The translations under genes and the position numbers were made by a program. The notes under the pieces are model-generated. The model worked only from the letters and a program-made list of their open reading frames with translations, had not been told where the DNA came from and did not search any database. Source: a bacterium (GTDB lineage: Bacteria; Cyanobacteriota; Vampirovibrionia; Obscuribacterales; Obscuribacteraceae). Taken from it: a stretch of DNA of 64,000 nucleotides. Position 1 is the first letter of the stretch, and every line of letters starts with the position of its first letter. Shown piece by piece: positions 59,897-64,000 of the stretch. The DNA lies in the NCBI GenBank assembly GCA_016124935.1, contig WGMS01000022.1, positions 10,647 through 74,646 on the forward strand, given 5' to 3'.

Positions 59897-60449
59897 CCTT
59901 GCCCTCTCTCTTTTGAATGAAGGTTATTACGGTCTGACCGTATTTCCTTTGATCGGTTGAAACCAGTCCCGTACTTTCTAAATCCGGGTTGAAGCTGTGA
60001 AGGTGTTCCAGTATAAACAGTCCGCCCTTTTTAAGTAAGCGTTTATTATCGACCAGATGAATGCATGCCTGGCCCAGGGTCGATTTGTAAGGCGGGTCGG
60101 CAAAAATGATATCGAAATGCCGCGCCGCAAGCCTTCCTGCTGCGGCCCGCGCATCATCATTCATGACCTGAGCTTCATAGCCCAGGTGCTCATAGTTCTC
60201 TTTGAGGGCAAGGGCCAGTTTTCTGTCCATCTCAATGGCGATCAGGCTGTCGGCTCCCCTGCTCATCGCCTCCATTCCCATGATTCCGGAGCCGGCGAAA
60301 AGATCGAGGAATGACGCTCCTTTTACCCTGGAGCCGAGAATGTTGAAGAGAGCCTGTCTTATTTTCGCCGCAGTAGGCCTGGCCAGATTGCCTTTGGGAC
60401 TGGGGACGGTTCGACCTCTGTCCTTACCGCCGGTGATTTTCAGTGTCAT
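59889..60449 (-). CDS. rsmD: 16S rRNA (guanine966-N2)-methyltransferase
   Basis: 186 aa with FLDLFAGSGIMGMEA and FADPPY motifs. Confidence 0.85.
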   Translation of the reverse strand: MTLKITGGKDRGRTVPSPKGNLARPTAAKIRQALFNILGSRVKGASFLDLFAGSGIMGMEAMSRGADSLIAIEMDRKLALALKENYEHLGYEAQVMNDDARAAAGRLAARHFDIIFADPPYKSTLGQACIHLVDNKRLLKKGGLFILEHLHSFNPDLESTGLVSTDQRKYGQTVITFIQKREGKDV

Positions 60450-60565
60450 CTATTTGGGATAATTCTCAAGGAGTTATGGAGTTTAGTTAAAGAGCTTCGC
60501 TCTATATAAAATGTCCCGGTCGGGCCCATGGTAACATGATCAATTCCAGTGGTGATTTATAAACT

Positions 60566-61297
60566 ATGAAACCTCGTAGAGTTGCCCGGGAGCTGGCAGT
60601 TATTGTGCTCAGCCAGATGCCCCGGAAGAAAGAAAAGATTGAAAATCTGGAGATCGAGAATCTCCTGACTACATCCATAGAGAGCCTGACCGGCTACGCG
60701 AAGCAACTGCTCGATGAGTCCGCTTCCGAGCTGTTAAAGGCATCCGGAGAGCTGGATGATTTTGAGCTGGAGCATCCTCGCAATGTCAAACGAGTGCATC
60801 AGATTCGCAGTGTCGATGTCAGCACCGAGTTCCTCAGGGAGCACTTATCGCGTATAAACACAGCACTGGCTCTGGTCTCTGAAGCGATAGTGATTCCGGA
60901 ACTCACCCTTGCTTTTAACGCAGGGATGCAGTCCGAGGTCAGGGATTTTGCCGTGCAGTTGATCTCTACTTACGTCGCCAACAAGAACCTGGTGGAGAAA
61001 GTCACAGAATCGATGAAGTCCACCTGGAGGCATGACCGGATGATGAGTCTCGACCGGGAGATTTTGAATCTGGCCGTCACCGAGTTGTTTTTCATGCCGG
61101 ATATCCCGGTGGCTGTCTGTGTGAACGAGGCGGTGGAGCTCTGCCATCGCTTTGCCGATGACAGGGCGGCAAAGTTCTTGAACGGAGTGCTGGGAGACCT
61201 GGTGGAAGAGGCTGAATATTTCAGGCAGACCGGAGAATTGAAGTCGGTGCCGGATTCTTCTGCCGTATCGACAACATCGGAAGAATCCGTATCGTGA
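60566..61297 (+). CDS. nusB: transcription antitermination factor NusB (extended form)
   Basis: 243 aa. It has an N-terminal RR.ARELAV..L pattern and a C-terminal ...DIPVAVCVNEAVELCHRFADDRAAKFLNGVLGDL, typical of NusB. A ~90-aa insertion makes it longer than usual. Confidence 0.7.
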   Translation: MKPRRVARELAVIVLSQMPRKKEKIENLEIENLLTTSIESLTGYAKQLLDESASELLKASGELDDFELEHPRNVKRVHQIRSVDVSTEFLREHLSRINTALALVSEAIVIPELTLAFNAGMQSEVRDFAVQLISTYVANKNLVEKVTESMKSTWRHDRMMSLDREILNLAVTELFFMPDIPVAVCVNEAVELCHRFADDRAAKFLNGVLGDLVEEAEYFRQTGELKSVPDSSAVSTTSEESVS

Positions 61298-61307
61298 GAG
61301 GCTTGAT

Positions 61308-62546
61308 ATGAGCGATTACGAAGAGAAGCAAGGCGATAAAAAAGGATGGTTCGGCAATACTTTCAGTAAGTTGAAGTCGGCTCTTTCCAAAACCAAGACG
61401 GCTATAGTCGGGGAGGAAGTCTCCGAGGTCCCTGAAACTATTGCCGAGAGAGTTGTTGCCCAAGTTCCTGATCAAAGTCAAGAGACTGTCTTAGAGCCGG
61501 TTATCGAACCGGAGAAAACAGCGCGGCACTCATATGACAATCAGTCTCTGGCGACGGGAGAATTGCCCCAGATCGAACCGGCTATCTCTATGGCTTCCGG
61601 TAGTGCCAGGCAATCAGAGCAGATCGTCGAAGAGAAGCCGCAGACGCCCACTTTTCGCTTCGAGCCCATCTCCGGCACCAGCCGTTCCCAGGCGCTCACC
61701 GAAGAGAAGGTGGAAGCCCGTACCGTTGTAGTCGATGACGAGTTTCTCGAAACGCTGGAAGAACGTTTGATCAAAGCGGATCTGGGTCTGGGCAATGCCG
61801 AGTCTGTTATCGATCATCTGCGTCGCAATGCTGATTCGAAGAGCTGGACCCAGGATAGAGTGGTTGACTTTCTCAAACAGGAATTTCTCTCGATTCTCAA
61901 GGCGGCGCCCACATCCGCCCTGTCATACGACCCGGATAGGTTGAACATCTATCTTGTGGTCGGCGTTAACGGAACAGGAAAGACCACCAGTATCGGCAAG
62001 CTTTGCTGGAGACTGAAGAAAGAGGGCAAGAAGGTCTTGATGGCCGCAGGCGATACGTTCAGGGCCGCCGCCGAATCTCAGCTCGAGATCTGGTCCAAAC
62101 GAGCCGAGGTAGATATCGTTCGGCTGGAGGACGGAGCCGACCCGGGGGCAGTCGTCTACAAGGCTCTGGAGAAAGCCCGGAGCGAGAACTATGACTGTCT
62201 GGTCATAGACACTGCCGGTCGTTTGCACAATAAAACCAATTTGATGGCCGAGCTCAAAAAAGTTCGGGGAGTGATAGACAAGCATGGCTCCGACTGCAAT
62301 CTGGAGTCTCTTCTTGTCATAGACGCTTCGACGGGGCAAAACGGTCTGCAACAGGCTCGGGTCTTTACCGAGGTCTGTTCTCTTACCGGGGTTGTTCTGA
62401 CCAAACTGGACGGCAGCGCCAAGGGTGGTATCGTCTTCAGTATCGCAAGAGAACTCGATATCCCGGTGAAACTCATCGGTCTTGGAGAACAGATAGACGA
62501 CCTCAAAGATTTCGAGCCCGAGATGTTTGTAGAGGCACTGCTTTAA
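61308..62546 (+). CDS. ftsY: signal recognition particle receptor FtsY
   Basis: 412 aa with an acidic N-terminal A domain, then an NG domain with GVNGTGKTT, DTAGR, TKLDGSAKGG and a C-terminal GLGE..DDL..F. Confidence 0.92.
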   Translation: MSDYEEKQGDKKGWFGNTFSKLKSALSKTKTAIVGEEVSEVPETIAERVVAQVPDQSQETVLEPVIEPEKTARHSYDNQSLATGELPQIEPAISMASGSARQSEQIVEEKPQTPTFRFEPISGTSRSQALTEEKVEARTVVVDDEFLETLEERLIKADLGLGNAESVIDHLRRNADSKSWTQDRVVDFLKQEFLSILKAAPTSALSYDPDRLNIYLVVGVNGTGKTTSIGKLCWRLKKEGKKVLMAAGDTFRAAAESQLEIWSKRAEVDIVRLEDGADPGAVVYKALEKARSENYDCLVIDTAGRLHNKTNLMAELKKVRGVIDKHGSDCNLESLLVIDASTGQNGLQQARVFTEVCSLTGVVLTKLDGSAKGGIVFSIARELDIPVKLIGLGEQIDDLKDFEPEMFVEALL

Positions 62547-62639
62547 GGTCCCTCTTTTGAAGAGAAATTTCTTGCTTTAGCGAGACACGAGAACTTGAAA
62601 CAGAACTGGAGCCTGTTCCGGTCGCTAGTTCTGCCTCGG

Positions 62640-63743
62640 TCAAGCGCTCTCTTTCTTGATCATCGTTGCGGAGTCGAGTTCTCTCACGCTGCCTTTCTCT
62701 TTATCCCTGGGGGCAGAGGGCAGCTTGTCGCCCAGGTTCTCCATCTCTTTAAACAGGTCTTGTTTGTTTTGTCTGGTGGCGATAAGGGCTCCGCCCAGGG
62801 ACAGTCCATAGAATGAGCCGAGTACCACCGCTAGAGTACCATAGAAAGCCAGAGTGCTGGGTATGAGAGTCGGTACCGAAAGGAAGATTGTGCCTGTGGC
62901 GAAAGCTGCAACCAGACCACTGAGCAAAGAGAATCCGGAGGTCAGTAATAGAGGGTGCCAGAGAAAGCCTCCTATATTCAAACTGGTTTCAGTCCTGTAG
63001 CTTTTGTTCTTTCGGATGGCGAAATAGGCGGTGCCGCCAACTATGCACGTAAGCATCAAGGGAACCAGGCTGACAGGTATGAGGTAACCTAAGACAGCAG
63101 TCAGGTAGGGCAGGGTTATAAGAAAGAGCAAACCGGCGGTCAGACCGCGCTGCATGGGTTCGTACACCCGGGAGGCTCCGATAGTCTGGTTCAGATTGGC
63201 GATGGCGGCTTTACTGGATTTGGCTCCCAGTCCGATACCCAGGCAGGATGTGAGGGCGAAGAGCGCAAGAGAGAGGTAGGTCTCGAATCCAAGCAGGAAG
63301 GGGCTGGAGACCATATAAACCAGAAGGCAGGGCACTGTTGCCACAAGAATCTGGGTGGCAAGCAGGGTGGTATCCCAGGCTTTACCGCCTTTCCAGCGGT
63401 CTTTCTGGTAGTTGAATATGCTGCCGTAGATATAGGCACCGAGGAAGGCTATGGTCCCGGCAAAAGTGTAAGAGGCCCAGTCGTTATTGGGCAGGGAGGC
63501 TGTGCCGAGCCAGTAGCTGAAGAAACTGACTGACATGACATAGCTTATGATTCCACCGGCAGAAGCGGCACCGGCGCCGAGAATGGACAGCATGATGCTC
63601 AGGGGCGCCGGCAGATTGCTCTCGGTCCGGCGTTTGCCTTCGACTATTTTGCTGGCTGCCAGCCATTTTTTTTCAGAACTGCTCGGGTCGGAAAGAATCT
63701 CCCAGGCTTTCTTTTCTGTCTCGCAATTCTTGCCTGATGCCAT
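62640..63743 (-). CDS. hypothetical multi-pass membrane protein
   Basis: 367 aa with about 8 hydrophobic helices and a hydrophilic N-terminus and C-terminus. No recognised motif. Confidence 0.5.
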   Translation of the reverse strand: MASGKNCETEKKAWEILSDPSSSEKKWLAASKIVEGKRRTESNLPAPLSIMLSILGAGAASAGGIISYVMSVSFFSYWLGTASLPNNDWASYTFAGTIAFLGAYIYGSIFNYQKDRWKGGKAWDTTLLATQILVATVPCLLVYMVSSPFLLGFETYLSLALFALTSCLGIGLGAKSSKAAIANLNQTIGASRVYEPMQRGLTAGLLFLITLPYLTAVLGYLIPVSLVPLMLTCIVGGTAYFAIRKNKSYRTETSLNIGGFLWHPLLLTSGFSLLSGLVAAFATGTIFLSVPTLIPSTLAFYGTLAVVLGSFYGLSLGGALIATRQNKQDLFKEMENLGDKLPSAPRDKEKGSVRELDSATMIKKESA

Positions 63744-63823
63744 AGATACGAGTCCATCCTTTTAATTCCCGTATCTAAGATTTACCCCCGGAAGCGCTCT
63801 GGTTCACGCCGGGCAGAGAACTT

Positions 63824-64000
63824 TTACAAGTTCAACTCGCTGATATGCTCCAGTGCCTCCGGATTTTCTATGCTGGATTTGTCTCCGGCATCTTCTCCAA
63901 GGTAAGTGCTTCTTATAGTGCGGCGGACTATCTTACCGGAGCGCGTTTTGGGTAGGGCCGGAACAGTGTGGATTTTGTCCGGACGCATCGTTTTGCCAAG
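63824..64000 (-). CDS. acs: acetyl-CoA synthetase / AMP-forming acyl-CoA ligase, C-terminal fragment (5' end outside window)
   Basis: The reverse strand reads LGKTMRPDKIHTVPALPKTRSGKIVRRTIRSTYLGEDAGDKSSIENPEALEHISELNL*. LPKTRSGKI.RR is the conserved A10 motif of adenylate-forming enzymes. Confidence 0.6.
   Translation of the reverse strand, partial: LGKTMRPDKIHTVPALPKTRSGKIVRRTIRSTYLGEDAGDKSSIENPEALEHISELNL

Overview
This 64-kb window is a gene-dense bacterial chromosomal segment of roughly 50% GC. I call about 55 CDS, one tRNA, and no rRNA, CRISPR array, transposase or integrase. Most genes are housekeeping:
- Metabolism: ispG, etfBA, gpmI, gcvPB, glcEF-like, ahcY, eno, gdh, ftcD-like, galE, cdsA, and an acs fragment.
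- Information processing: holA, rph, Mini-RNase III, ruvB, rsmD, nusB, ftsY, tRNA-Ser(GCU).
- Signalling: a PhoR/PhoB/PhoU-like cluster, a PAS histidine kinase coupled to a REC/degenerate-GGDEF/REC regulator, an RpaB-like OmpR regulator, and a Ser/Thr kinase.
- Envelope: csaB plus a tagA-like gene, gmhB, and two tandem CpaC-like secretins.

The RpaB-like regulator, CsaB, Mini-III and a TIGR03960-like radical SAM protein suggest a cyanobacteria-related, possibly non-photosynthetic lineage. That is inference only.

The most unusual locus is at 15.3-16.7 kb. It holds a roughly 300-aa retron-type reverse transcriptase with a YCDD active site and NAxxH and VTG-like hallmarks. A 410-450 nt ORF-free, hairpin-rich leader precedes it and is a candidate msr-msd ncRNA. 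There is no co-oriented effector gene. The only non-housekeeping neighbour is a convergent zinc-ribbon/2-TM gene that overlaps the RT tail-to-tail by 8 bp.

Secondary curiosities:
- A tandem secretin duplication with no pilus or secretion partner genes, next to a 1.1-kb non-coding region.
- A helically phased 10-bp repeat plus a palindrome upstream of an orphan BlaI-like repressor.
- A protein built only of MshEN-like repeats.
- Several low-complexity repeat proteins.

All calls come from reading the ORF translations and the DNA. No database search was run.
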